Below, one piece after another: positions 44,168 to 56,398 of a stretch of 64,000 nucleotides of DNA (the first letter of the stretch is position 1; every line of letters begins with the position of its first letter). The notes under the pieces are model-generated. The model was not told where the DNA came from, did not search any database, and saw only the letters and a program-made list of their open reading frames with translations. Source of the stretch: Lingula anatina. Its lineage: Eukaryota; Animalia; Brachiopoda. The position numbers and the translations under genes are program-made. Where the stretch lies: contig CM120642.1 in NCBI GenBank assembly GCA_051362555.1, forward strand, positions 33,232,001 to 33,296,000, written 5' to 3'.

Positions 44168-47100
44168 ATGGAACCAAAGAAGAGATGGAAGAAGGTTCTG
44201 TACGAAGACCAAGGCGTACCTGATAATTATGTAGATGAGTCCTTTTTGGATGAGATGCAAAAGAATGGTGAGCAAATTTTGTGTTTTTTTTTGTAGAAAC
44301 CACAGGTCCCCGTACGCAGCGGCATCGTTTAGCTTCACATTTTGGACAAAGAACCACGCATTCCTGTCCAGTTTACTCTTTTAACTTTTAGGTGAGGTTA
44401 ATAGATAAGATAGTTCATGGATTGCCGAAGCTGATTGTCTGATATTTGCTGGCGTGTGTGCGTAATTTACCTTGGCTTTAGTGGGGATTGCCAAAAAATA
44501 GTCTTCGCAGTGAGTGCGCCCTAATGAAAATGGCACAGGCTGACCAAAAGCGGGAAAATTTTGCTGACCGAAGACTAATAATGTTTTAAAACATGTACAC
44601 TGCAGTTAAGAAATCGTGGTTTGGGGCAATGCATATCAAGTGCTGTAGTTACGACGTTTAATGGGAAAATGTGCTCCTTGCCGCCATATTGTTTTTGAAC
44701 TACTTTGCTTTGCAGCACAGAAAGTGAATGGTGAATCTCTTCTTTGCTTTGTGTGAGGTTTCTTCAAAATTCAATCGATCAAGAAGAAATTGAAGAAATC
44801 ATCAACTTTAAGATTCAGCAGTGCAAGGGTTGAGACTTGGTCTTAGCGTTAGGAAAAGTGGTCTTATTTTCAACATGCAGTGCAGGTACTATAAATGTTA
44901 AATGATTCTTTATTGATAAATACCTTCACATGCAAGGTACAACCAGTGACAGCACATCTAACTATAACAGAGCACTAACAAGTTAACAAATAAATATATG
45001 ATTATAATGTTTATATAAAGGTGATATAGATAAATACATGTTAAAAATCAGTTTACCGGGTCTGATCTACACGCCCAGTCTCTGCTGACCGCACATATTA
45101 GATCTCACACTGGAAATGGAATGTTTACTGGCCTTTACTGTTCTCAACCTTTACGTACAAGGTACAACCATGTGCACAGTGAAGAAGCACAATAAAAATT
45201 GAATTTTCTTTCAAATGATTCTTTCATACCATGGCAAAGGTGCAGAAATAATATGAAATAATTCAGCATATCAAGTGACATTGCTGGAGGAAAGAATTGA
45301 GCTAGGAAGAAACTTAGCTATGTTACCTTGTAACAGTATTGAAAATTAGTTATATTTTAGTTCTAGTTGTGTGCAGTTTCATTTTTCACGTCTTAGCACA
45401 TATTGTCCTGTAAAAATAAATAAGAACACCTGAAACATTTTACTTAACTAGCACCCTGATTACTATTGATCTAAAAGGTGAATTTAAATCCACATTTCTC
45501 ATTAAGGAAAGTTAAGTTTTGTGGTACAGTAATTACTTTCCCATTTTGTTTCAGTTCACATTAGAACATACCACTATTGGTCAGTTGTCCAGGAATCTGG
45601 GGTGGTCACTCAGCAGATCTGCAGGTAATTAGGTGTTGACAGAGTAACCAGAATAATTGCTGTATTTGCTCAGGATTTGGGTTAGTTCACAATGGATGGG
45701 TACTCTGGTTGAATGAAGCCACATAAGCAGATTATCACACCTTCTCCTGGCACTAAGTAGAACACAAAGAGCTGGTGATTGAATTTGTGATGAAAACGAG
45801 GGGGCTAATCTGGTGCCATTATGTGCGAGTCCCAGTGAATGCACAGTTTATAGTGAATGGTCCTTTCTGTAGTCTGCTAGTTTTGTTCACTGCTATCCTG
45901 TTGTGTTTAGTTGGCACTTTAAGGGCAATTACTATAATTACATTCAAACAACCAATGGCAGCTATTAAAGAGCAATAACACGTATACTATGGCAATTATA
46001 GTGAATTCATTCAATAGCGACTTGTTGGTTTACTGTTACTATAATTACATACAGTCCCACAACCAATGGCCTCTGTTAAAGAATGACATCATGTAATGCA
46101 ATTATAATGATTATACAGACTATTTGTAATTCTGGTTCTGCTAGTTGTAAGTCACATATGATACTACTTAACTGTAACTTGGCAGTAATGGTAACCACAA
46201 GAGATCTCTTCCTTATGATTTACCCTTGGTATGTAATTTTTTGCACAGTAAAAGGTGCACCCTCCCCCCCTCCCAATCACATACACACACATTACACAAG
46301 TTACATAATAATGCATTACCTATCAAGAAGCCATTAACCATTCACTAGTGAATCACTTATTAACAGGGGAAACACAAAAGGACACAGGTAGATATACTGT
46401 GGGAAAAATTCACATTGATTGGTTTTAGTCTGGGATTGCTTCACAAATATAGCAGTGTATTATGTAACCAAATCCAGCATGAAAACTGGGATTTAAATTC
46501 TGTGTATCTTGGCTACTAAGTAAACAGGTGTAAAGATCTGAATTGTAGACCCTGTTTTTTCTGTCAACTGGTGTTTAAAATTGGTGCTGTTTGGACAGTT
46601 ACTTAAGGCAACTGCCCAAGTTCCTTAACATGAAAGACAGTGGGTAAACCTTGAATTCAGTGATTTTGTATTTCTTTGATTCGTTCAGGATTTTAAAAAA
46701 GGGGGGTGAGTTGCTTCTTCCTTCTCCTGGATAAAGTCTGGATACGTCTTTAATGAAATCAAAAATGATATGTGAATATTTCTTTTTGTTTCAGCGTGTG
46801 CTTGTTTGTGGCCATGTTCCTCTTCATGGATGACAAGGTGCTCTCGCCCAAAGTCCTGTTCTGTGTGTCTTCCTTCCTGACCATCATTGGCTATTGCATC
46901 CATGAATTGCTGGAATATATGGAAGAAGACTCGGACAACATGCAGACAAGAACAGGTAAGACCTATTAGCAAATTTAGGATTTTGTCTGTTCCTCTCCAC
47001 AATTTTCTTCAAATTTATTGACTTGGGTTTTTCGCACCTGTGGAGATGGGCCAATATTTTGTTTAAATAGGTTTTAGATTTGCTCAAAAGAAAAGGTGGT

Positions 47101-49026
47101 GACAGAAGAAAGTAATTCCGTTCTTAAAACTAGAAGGCTACTATTGAGTCTAAAGTCTAGTCTTATACAGAATTTAAAGGTGCATACAAAGTCATTTTTT
47201 TGTCACAAAAACAAACCAATTGCCAGCATATAGTTTCAAGTAGTATAACTAAGAGAATTACTAAAAGGCATTGTTTAATTTTACCCAAAAATGATGTTTG
47301 AACAGATTTTTCTGCTGGCATTCAATGCTGTATGTCAATGGGGAAGAAAAGTAGGTCATGGAAGTAGGTTAAATTTCCGACCAAAAATTTAAAGAAAGGA
47401 GCAGTCTAAAGCTCTTTTATGGCTGATCAAGTGATCTATTCAGTTTATCTCTTGGCATGTTGAACTAATTTGAGTCATATAAGAAACTAGTAGAAGTGGT
47501 TTACATGTGTCACTGGGAATCCATGCTCCATCGATGCTCAGTTTGTATGTACCTTTAAGCTTTTGACCAGTCTGTTGCTTCATTAGCTGTGGATATAAAT
47601 TGCCTCAGTTTGGTGAACATCATATTTCTCTTTGTTCAGGGTGGTCAGCCATGAAGACAGTATTGATGTTTGTAGCCTTCAGCTATGGCCTCTCCCCCAT
47701 CTTGATGACCCTTACTGATACCATCAGCACAGATACGGTTTACGCCATGACGGCAGCGATGTTGCTGGCCAATTTGTTATTTCATGACTATGGGGCGGAT
47801 GCTGCCGTGTAAGTAAGCAAGAACCTGCCAGAGTTTTGTTATCTAAATAACCATGGTTTTTGTTTCATTTTAAAGGCAGGTGATTGATGAGAAATAAATA
47901 TAATATAAAGTATTTGTTTAATATTATACCAAGCAAGTATGAAAGGAGTGATTCAGTGTTTAATCTTCTATGATTCCATCTTATCTTTAAAAAAAAGTGG
48001 ATCAATGCATAAAACATCAAAATTCATCTTTTTTTTTTGTAATAAAATAATTTTGATTCAAAATTTCAGTGTCTCTGGGGCATTGTCTTTGAATGCAGCT
48101 ATTTTTGCCTCAGTTTGCCTGGCGTCAAGATTGCATACCACTTGGCATGCCTTCACCACAGTGACACTTGCCGTGGAGGTATTCGCTTTGTGGCCAGTCT
48201 TAAGACGGAAGTTAAAGGTGAGGGAAAAATTATCAACAACAAGTTGTGTTGGACCTAAAATATTCATGTAGTTTTGATAAACAACTGTACTACTAGTGCA
48301 TATCTAAGTGCTGAATGATGAAAATTTAAACAGTTAACTTCTTTGAAATTAATGCAGCAGTTTCAAGTTTTGAATTAAGTTGTTTTCGTGTACATTCATT
48401 TGCAATTTTGGTTGATTTTTAAAACTCCCTTATGATCATTGACATTTGATAAATATACAAATATCTAATTAACTTTAAGTTTCTTTCACAAATCTTGTTA
48501 GTTAAATATGCATACTGTAAAATACCTGCTTAACAATGTTTCTTTTTTCAGGTAAAAGTAAAACACAGTCAGCTGGTCTTGACCATCATTTTGACCCTGG
48601 TTACAGTTGTTACTATAGCAACGTTATCAACAGTGGCTGCTGTGTTGTTGACCCTGTTGTATGTATTCATCACCTTTGTCTGCCCTGCTTGGCTGATAAG
48701 TCTTCAACCATACAAAAAGTGAGTTATGATTAGAAGAAAACTGACACAGATTAACAGAAAAACTTGCTAAGACCATACAAAAAATACTTATGATTTTGGA
48801 AGCCAGAGAGATTTTCTAAACAATTACTGAAAAACTGATGGAAACGCGATTTTGCATTATTGATCCTGAAGTGAATTGAGTGCTATGTTGATAAAAGAAT
48901 GCCAAAACAAATATAGTCTTTTTGTTTAAATGGCAAATTGATCAAAAACATTTTTATTAACCTATCAAATTTTTTGAATTTAGCAACATCTATGGGCCAT
49001 GGGATGAAGCAGAGATTAAGGACTGA
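44168..49026 (+). CDS. PIGC: Phosphatidylinositol N-acetylglucosaminyltransferase subunit C (GPI2; 7 exons)
   Basis: [57 protein letters not shown] and [11 protein letters not shown]. Exons about 44168-44267, 45555-45624, 46795-46955, 47640-47808, 48070-48217, 48552-48718, 48984-49026. Confidence 0.95.
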
Positions 49027-50363
49027 GGTTGACAGTGGTCAGTTAAGATGTCTGCCACGATCCTGGTCATGTCTGACCACCTCCCCTAGTGTCCCTCACA
49101 GAAAGTGAAAGAGGCAAGTGGTCATTTCAGAAGAGTGAAGGTCCAGTGAACAACCAGAAGTTGCCATTGACCATCAACTCAAAGGTTACCAGCCCCAAAG
49201 GCAAGCTGTGAAGAAGTTAGCAGGTTTGATCCCTTAGGGACCCTACAAAGATATCAAAAATGGTATCATTGAATAGGTGCTTTGTTATGTGGCGCAGTGT
49301 CAGTGCTTAACTACAGTAAAAATTTGAACATTTTGTTGAAAGACAATTGATTGCAGACATAACTTTTTTTTTCACTATGAAAATTTTGTCAAACTTGACA
49401 ATGAGCTTCTCCATAATTTTGAAAAGGTTGGCACCTAATTTGGTCATGCTGGACGCCTGCATTTCAAAATACTTGTAAATTTTTAATTGGCGAAATTTTC
49501 AAGTTTTTACTGTAACATCCATGCATCAGTTATCTTTATGTTGAAGAATTTCATCATTAAGAAATAGATGATGTTAGTGCAGTCTTCTTGTAAACTGCCT
49601 CTAGTTGTGGTAACATAGGGGAACAAGATGTGCATTTTGGAAACGACTGCCAACTGTGCAGACTTTGACCTGGACACCTTATACTGTAAGTTTTTACAAC
49701 GATACCATGCAGGCAGGGTAAAGCTAAGTCGGAGTTACAGAGAGGCATGTTATAAGTGTGAACCATAGAATTTGATCAGTCCAAAGACAGGGTTTGTAAA
49801 ACTCTGGAAATCTGTAGATCTTTTTTTTTCTTTTTTTTTTTTCAATTTTAATTCGATCCTAATATTTGTGCTCCTGAAAAAGTGGTCACAGCTGGTGATT
49901 GCCAAGCTTTTTTGTGAGAGGATTTGTAGGAAAAAAGTGGATTCTGGTTATGCTACTTAATTGTGGCAAATGCGAAAATACTATATTTACCTAGATAATT
50001 TGGTACATTCTGTACAATCTAATAATGTTGTCCCCCCACATACTGATTTCCAATTATGTACCATTTTTCCTCCTGACATTCTTCCTCCTCGTGAACTTGT
50101 TTTACTTTCCTTGTGACCTTTTCCATAGACCTGAGTTTTCCATCTTCTTAATAATTTATACCACTTGTTTTATGTCCATGGCACTAGTGTGTGGTGTATT
50201 GTTCAATACTAGACTTAACTCTTTATGCATCAGTTTTTACAAAGGCCTTTGGTGCACTGGTGGCAACCATTATGTAAGTTCTAGAAATATATTGTATAAG
50301 AAGAAGCTGTAAAAAAAAAAACAAGCAATAAGTTTTCATGGTTTAGTAACACTTCCAGCTATG

Positions 50364-50762
50364 TCAAGAAGCAATGGAATCGTAAATTCTTTCTTCTATT
50401 TCTATAGGTGGTAAATAACTTTGTTTACTCAAACTGTTTATAGAAGTGTATGTGGTAATATGGTCTCCCTCATCTAGCTGGTCTGTGAAGTCGCTGAGGT
50501 AGCTGCCCATAATGCTGTTCAGGTATGCGCTAGTTTGTGCACTTTGTGTATTTTCCTTATGATCTTTTCCATTGACCTGTGAAAAAAAAAATCTGCGACC
50601 CTGGTAGAGGTTATCAGCCGATATGTTCCTCTCCCTGTGATCTGAAGGCAACAGAGCTGTGTTCCCCCGCAGCGGTAATTTTGGTAATTGATCTGGTGAA
50701 ACTGGCGCCAGCGCAATTAGGATGAGGATCACATGTGTAGCTCCTGCCAAAGTACAAAACAC
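50364..50762 (-). other. Uncharacterised ORF or spliced segment, partly duplicated at 55790-56047
   Basis: 132-aa ORF with no recognisable domain. 50650-50890 is homologous to 55790-56047. Confidence 0.25.
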
Positions 50763-51051
50763 AGGTTTTGACGAAAATCTTCAGCTTATAAAAAATAAAT
50801 ATATAAATAAACTCAAAAATAATTTTTAAAAAATCAACAAACGTTAAGTATAACGATATATGTATACTCGCTCGACATGTTTTATTCAAGTTTTTTTTTC
50901 TGTGTGTGGTTTTAACTTGTTAAAAAATTTGTCTGCTGGGGTGACTTTATAGACAGCATTTTTCACCGTGCAAACATTATTTAAACTAGAATTACAAATT
51001 AAATCAAGTTTAATTACGTTAAAACATGAACGCAAAGGTATCACTGACTGT

Positions 51052-51204
51052 CTAATCCAAAATAATTGGATTGTGTTCCGAGTTTAACGGAACTTCCAAT
51101 TCTGCCCAAAATAACATGAGCAGATGTATTATAATTTCCTCTGTATAGATGACAAAGGAAAACTGTCTCCCATCTTCCAGTTGTATGAAAATATGGAAAA
51201 TCGT
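51052..51204 (-). pseudogene. Small NPIILD peptide, copy 1 (start codon apparently lost in an A-run)
   Basis: IFHIFIQLEDGRQFSFVIYTEEIIIHLLMLFWAELEVPLNSEHNPIILD*; paralogous to 56159-56302 and 62335-62487. Confidence 0.55.
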
Positions 51205-51375
51205 TTTTTTTTTTTTTTTTTTTTTTTTGATAGGTAGCTCAGCTAACAAATGCCAAACTGTTATTTAGACGCTGTGTACAAGTTATAAACCATGAACTGC
51301 ATTATCATGGCTGTACACTAAAGCTTAAAAAATTCAAATATTTCTCATGATACACTATTTATTTTTTACAAACAC

Positions 51376-51878
51376 TATGTGAAGGTTTCATTTTTTTCTT
51401 TCATCTTTTCTAAAGTCATTTTCCTCCACTCTTCATAAGTCAGAGCACTGTAAGGGCAGTGCCAATACCCCTTTAGTTGCCTGTAATCAGTCTTCTTTCA
51501 TCGTGGTTGGCCACAGGAACGGCAGGCAAAAAAATCTTTTTTCATCTTATATCTGCCCACAGTTCCCTCTTCCTCTTGTGCTTTTCTTTTTTTGTGGTAC
51601 CAGGAGGTAGACTTGGGCACGGCAAAAGCTGGTTGAGTACTGGGGGGCATGGCACTTTCTTTGCCCTGGTTGGGGTGACCTGGCCAGCTCCGTTTTCTTC
51701 CAGAGGTACTCCCATCTCTACCAGGCCATGAGGGAGGGAGGGTTGCACTGGCTTGGGGCGTGCCTATGGGAGATCTGGTGTGGTTGAGAGCTTGGCCCCA
51801 GGGAGAGTGGCACCGAGTAACAGCTGTGTCACATCCTAAACCTAAACTTGACAGCAGTAGACAAAAAATTTTCAACAA
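51376..51878 (-). pseudogene. Zinc-finger protein C-terminal copy with in-frame stop
   Basis: FAVPKSTSWYHKKRKAQEEEG...CRSCGQPR*KKTDYRQLKGYWHCPYSALTYEEWRK; paralogue of 51886-52200. Confidence 0.6.
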
Positions 51879-51885
51879 TTTTCAT

Positions 51886-52590
51886 TTATTTATACTTTTT
51901 TAGAAGCACTATTTGGTTTCGTTTTTTTTCTTTCATTTTTTCTATAGTCATTTTCTTCCACTCTTCATAAGTCAGAGCACTGTTAGGGCAGTGCCAATAC
52001 CCCTTTAGTTGCCTGTGCCCAGTCTCCTTGTGTCGTGGTTGGCCACAGGAAATACAAGCAATAAATTTTTTTTTCATATTTTACCTGATCACAGTTCCCT
52101 CTTCCTCTTCTTTGGCCTTTCTTTTTCTGTGGTCCGATGATGTGGACTTGGGCGTGGCAAAGGCTGCTTGACCTCTGGGGGTGGGAGACACTACTGTTCG
52201 AGGGCGGTATCTTGGGTAAGTAACGCTTCTCCTTACGCTGTCTTAAATGTCTCAGGGAGTGGGAGACACTACTGCCCTAGGTTGATATATGGGGTGAAAG
52301 GCCCTTCTCCTCACGTTGTCCAGGGCAGCTTGTTTGGCGCCCATTGCAGCAGCAGGGCTTCCAGGGTGCCATACCAGTGTCGTCCTCAGTCCTCTCAACC
52401 AAAACTCGGCCCGCTTTAGGTCGTCTAAAGTTTCAAAATCGCAGTCAGCGAACGGGATAATAACTATCTTCGCCCGCTGAAAGTGATTTTGTGGAGCCAT
52501 AGTTTTTATCAATGTGAAGAGGAGAGCAACGAGCTCTCCCACCGAATTGGTGCCGCCGATTGCGGGGCACCACCCCATTAATATTATGGT
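51886..52590 (-). pseudogene. 5'-truncated SGNH-like + CX2CX9HX8C zinc-finger gene with three in-frame stops
   Basis: ORFs 52252-52578 and 51886-52077 are in the same frame. Reading through three stops gives ...VVSPTP*DI*DSVRRSVTYPRYRPRTVVSPTPRGQAAFATPKSTSSDHRKRKAKEEEEGTVIR*NMKKKFIACISCGQPRHKETGHRQLKGYWHCP. Confidence 0.62.
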
Positions 52591-52639
52591 ATTATATGTT
52601 TTCTTGTTTGGAAAAATTAACTAACAATAACACCATTTA

Positions 52640-53130
52640 TTTTTAACAAAAGGTTTAATTTTTTAAATTTTCTATGTAACTACATATAAAAATCGAAGAA
52701 GACTATGGCATGGTCGGATGCAATGGGCAATCTTCTTGGTCTTAATCGTCAGACCTGTAATTAAAAAAAGAAAAGAAAAATCTATTATATAACGCACGCA
52801 TATAATAAAAGGATTTTCATACCGACATCTAAAAGTCGACATTTTATTTCCTTTACTTATTTTTCTAATTATAGTTCAGTATTCCCCTCAATCAAGTACA
52901 TTTTTTAGTGCTTACCAGTTTTAACCCTACTGATCCCGTTCTTCCCCTTGCTCATCTTCTTCTTCCTATTGGGGAGGACCTGTTTAACGTTCCAGCTTTT
53001 AGAAAAAAAAAAAAAGGAAAACATTTAATTACGCATTACATTCCACCTTATTACAGCATATAACGTTTACATTTTTTAGCGCTGTACTTCTCTTAACATT
53101 TAGTGATATAGTAATGTTTACATTATTTAT
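52640..53130 (-). repeat. Two-exon-like module duplicated at 63500-63990 (near-identical) and 53880-54260 (diverged)
   Basis: Direct comparison by eye. Minus-strand polypyrimidine-AG acceptors and GTAAGC donors are retained in all three copies. Confidence 0.75.
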
Positions 53131-53174
53131 ATACATATGTATATATACATATATAGGAATAGTTAAATTAATTG

Positions 53175-53456
53175 TTAACTTACCTCTTCGTGTATGTCAC
53201 TAAGAGTGTATGCAAACTGGTCCATGACTAGCTTGCACAGCATTGGGTCCCTTAATAGTGTGTTTAATGCTTTAATGCTGATGCGTGCGTAGTTCTGCAC
53301 GCAAAAGTTTACGCAGCACGCCCTAAGGGACGTGCACCCCATTCTATTTGCCAATGTCATGATGTCAATGACATTCTGTGTGTTGATCTCCTTTTGTAGT
53401 TGGTCCTCACACAATTCCTCAAGAGTTGACAAATTTTCCTCCCAAATAGCCTCCAT
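53175..53456 (-). CDS. Stand-alone BACK domain (SPOP/BTB-BACK-like) small protein
   Basis: LEELCEDQLQKEINTQNVIDIMTLANRMGCTSLRACCVNFCVQN matches the L..LCE..L...I...NV..IL.LA.......L+..C..F pattern that follows BTB domains. TATAAATA lies about 45 bp upstream of the ATG, and a GTAAGT donor sits at the ORF end. Confidence 0.68.
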   Translation of the reverse strand: MEAIWEENLSTLEELCEDQLQKEINTQNVIDIMTLANRMGCTSLRACCVNFCVQNYARISIKALNTLLRDPMLCKLVMDQFAYTLSDIHEEVS

Positions 53457-55829
53457 GGTGTATTTGGAAGTATACCAGGACGTTGTTTGAAACGTGGTAT
53501 TTATACCCCCCTCTTCCCCTAGTCTCAGCCAATCTGTATTATGAATCTGATTATGAAATGATTGACAGATGATTGATCTTCTACTCCCACACCCATGTTG
53601 CAGCCAGGCTACCACCCCTCCCCTCCCCCCTTTCCCTTCGTCAATTTTGGTTAACCGGCTTACGTTTAAGGACCATTCTCGTGATCATTGCAATTGTTGT
53701 GACGATTGGTCTGCAGTGCTTTTCCCTTACAATTATTACAGCTGTAGCAATAAAATCAAATCAAAAGACATAGTGCTGTAATGTGGTTTAATAACAAACT
53801 ACATACATACATAAAGTGTATCTAGTCACAATTGAATCTCTCCTGTCGCTTCTTCTGTAATTCTATGTCTTTGCCTAAGGACAGACGCAATGATGAATCT
53901 TCTTTTCAGTCTTAATCGTCAGGACTGTAATTTAAAAAAATAAATCAATTGTATAATGCATGCATATAATGATAAGAATTTTTTACCGACAACAAAAGTA
54001 CACGTGTACACATTTTATTTCCTTTACTAATTTTTCTAATTATATTCCAGTGTTCATCTCACTCAAGTACATGTTATAGTGCTTACCAATTTTAAGCTTT
54101 ATTGATCCTGTTCTTCTCCTTCTTTGACCGTTTCAGCCATGGGTTCAGTATGGCGCTTCAACTTAAAAAAAAAAAAGCATTAAATTATGCATTACATTCC
54201 AATGTAGTACGGCATATACATGTAACCATAACTAAATCAGTTATATTCTTATTGCTGTACTCCCCCAGTAGTAATAAAAGGACGGGAGCCTTACTAAAAA
54301 GGAATGGCCCTGAATGGCCCTCTAAATATATAGTTTTTTTTTCTCCAAAAATAAAGATAATATGTTTTGTTTTGTTTTACTTCACTAAAAATGAGATGTT
54401 TATATTGGTTAGAATAGTTGTTGTATACACAAGTTGTTGAAAGGTAGGGATTTGTTTTAGTTTTTCATTGGATGAACAAAAAAGACCCGCATTTATTATT
54501 GATCTAAAAAAGGAGAAGTGGCATTGTTTGCGGTTCAGTTGAACGCGATGCATAGTAAACAAACAAGGATCCGCTAACAGTCAGGTGAGACTATTGTAAT
54601 GCACAAAGAGAGCAGTATGCAAGCCAAATACTTAGAGTATTGTGATAGTTTGTGGTTCGCAAACACTTAATAGATTAAAACCTCCCATTTTATTGAAGTA
54701 AACTGTATTTGAATGATAGCATTAAATGAATGACACTATGAGCCAGGTAGTGTTATAGTAAAGCAGTATTGTTTGCTAGTCAAGCAACTGTTGTAGTGCA
54801 CAGCTGCATTGAATATTATTTTGATTCATATGAGGCTTTCTCTTTATTTCTAAATGATCGCCTTAGTTTGTACAACAAACAAAACAGTATTGCACGCTGT
54901 AGGTGTACATAATCTGTTAAGCACAAGGCGTTTTGGTGACAAAATTCAAAGCATTTTTAACAGTATTTTTATGATAGTATTCTCTTCATTTTTAAAAATC
55001 TGAGTTTTTCTCTTTCAAGTAAAAATTCTACAGCATTTTACCTATTCAAGGTTAAACATTGCAGTATTTTTTTCACCTTGTCTTTAAGAATCTGAGTATT
55101 TTTTCTCCTGCAGATGAAACACCATTGTTCTTTAATGTAAAAATGAAAAGTATTTTCTCTATCAAGTCAAAGTTTTACAGCATTTTACCAGTTCAAATGT
55201 AAACGTTGGGGTATTTTTTTTCTCTTCGACTTAAAAAATGGGAAAACATTTTCCCTTTCACGTAAAAGTATAACAGCATTTTTCCGATTCAAATTTTTCG
55301 TCTTAAAATAAGAATTCTCAGTTGGAAGAACCACACATCAATCCCCAATAAAAGATGTTGTAAACTTTTTTAATATTTCGAACAATATTTCAAGACATGT
55401 TATTACAATAATTGCACAACAGTGACGAAGCCGCCCTATGTCTTTATTCCTAAATAATCGCCTTGGTTTACAACATGCAAATCACTAATGCAGGTGGTTA
55501 GTGTACATAAACAATCTGTTCAGAGCGGGACCTTTTGTAGCTGCAACCATCACTTCATACTTTTTTTTCAATTCAAAAATAAATATGGGAGTACTCTTCT
55601 CTTCCTCTTTAAAATAAAAATGAGCATTTTCTCTTTGAAGTTAGCATTTTACCGATTTATTGTTACACATTGTAGTTGTTTCTGACCATCTTTGAACATA
55701 CGTGTTTTTGTTGTTAAATTAAAAGTAAAAATTTACATTCACTTGTAAATATCTTCTATTTTTAAAATATAATACTCATTTTCTCTCTCTGTGCTCTGTG
55801 TTCCCCTGCAGCGGTCATTTTGGTTATTG

Positions 55830-55860
<31 letters not shown>

Positions 55861-56158
55861 CTGTGTTCCCCTGCAGTGGTCAGTTTGGTAATTGCTCCCG
55901 CCAACGTACAATACACAACGTACAGGTTTGAGGATGAAAATCTTCAGCTAAAAAATAAATAGATAAATAATCTCAAAAATAATTTTAGAAAAATCAACAA
56001 ACGTTAAGTTCAACGATATATTTATACTCACTTGACATGTTTTATTTGTCTGCTGGGATGAGTTTTATAGACCTCGTTGAAGAAATCACGCGAATATTGT
56101 TTAAATTAAATCAAGTTTAATTACGTTAAAACATGAATACATAGGTAACACTTACCGG

Positions 56159-56302
56159 TTAATCCAAAATAATTGGATTTCGCTCCGACCCATACGGAAC
56201 TTCTAATTCCGCCATCAGTAGGAGGAGCATTATCTCCTCCGTGCTTATTGTAAAAAAAAACATTCTTCCGTCCTCAGTTACGATATTAATGTAAAACAAC
56301 AT
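56159..56302 (-). CDS. Small NPIILD peptide, copy 2 (47 aa, intact)
   Basis: MLFYINIVTEDGRMFFFTISTEEIMLLLLMAELEVPYGSERNPIILD*. AAAATG start context, TATATA about 45 bp upstream and X-box at 56399-56411. Below the ORF-track size cut-off. Confidence 0.55.
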   Translation of the reverse strand: MLFYINIVTEDGRMFFFTISTEEIMLLLLMAELEVPYGSERNPIILD

Positions 56303-56398
56303 TTTAAGTTCTACCTTGGCAAACGTGTGCCTGCTTTGAACTGATATATAGATCTTGTGTACCAGTTATAATCCCAGTAGGACGCAATAAACAACGCT

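Noticed and set aside
50237-50290. Imperfect hairpin followed by CTAG as a possible Helitron 3' end bounding the mosaic
   Set aside because: The hairpin is weak, CTAG is followed by A rather than T, and no matching 5' end was found.
53400-53430. Possible LxCxE Rb-binding motif in the BACK ORF (LEELCED)
   Set aside because: The spacing does not fit LxCxE; it is the normal L..LCE pattern of BACK domains.
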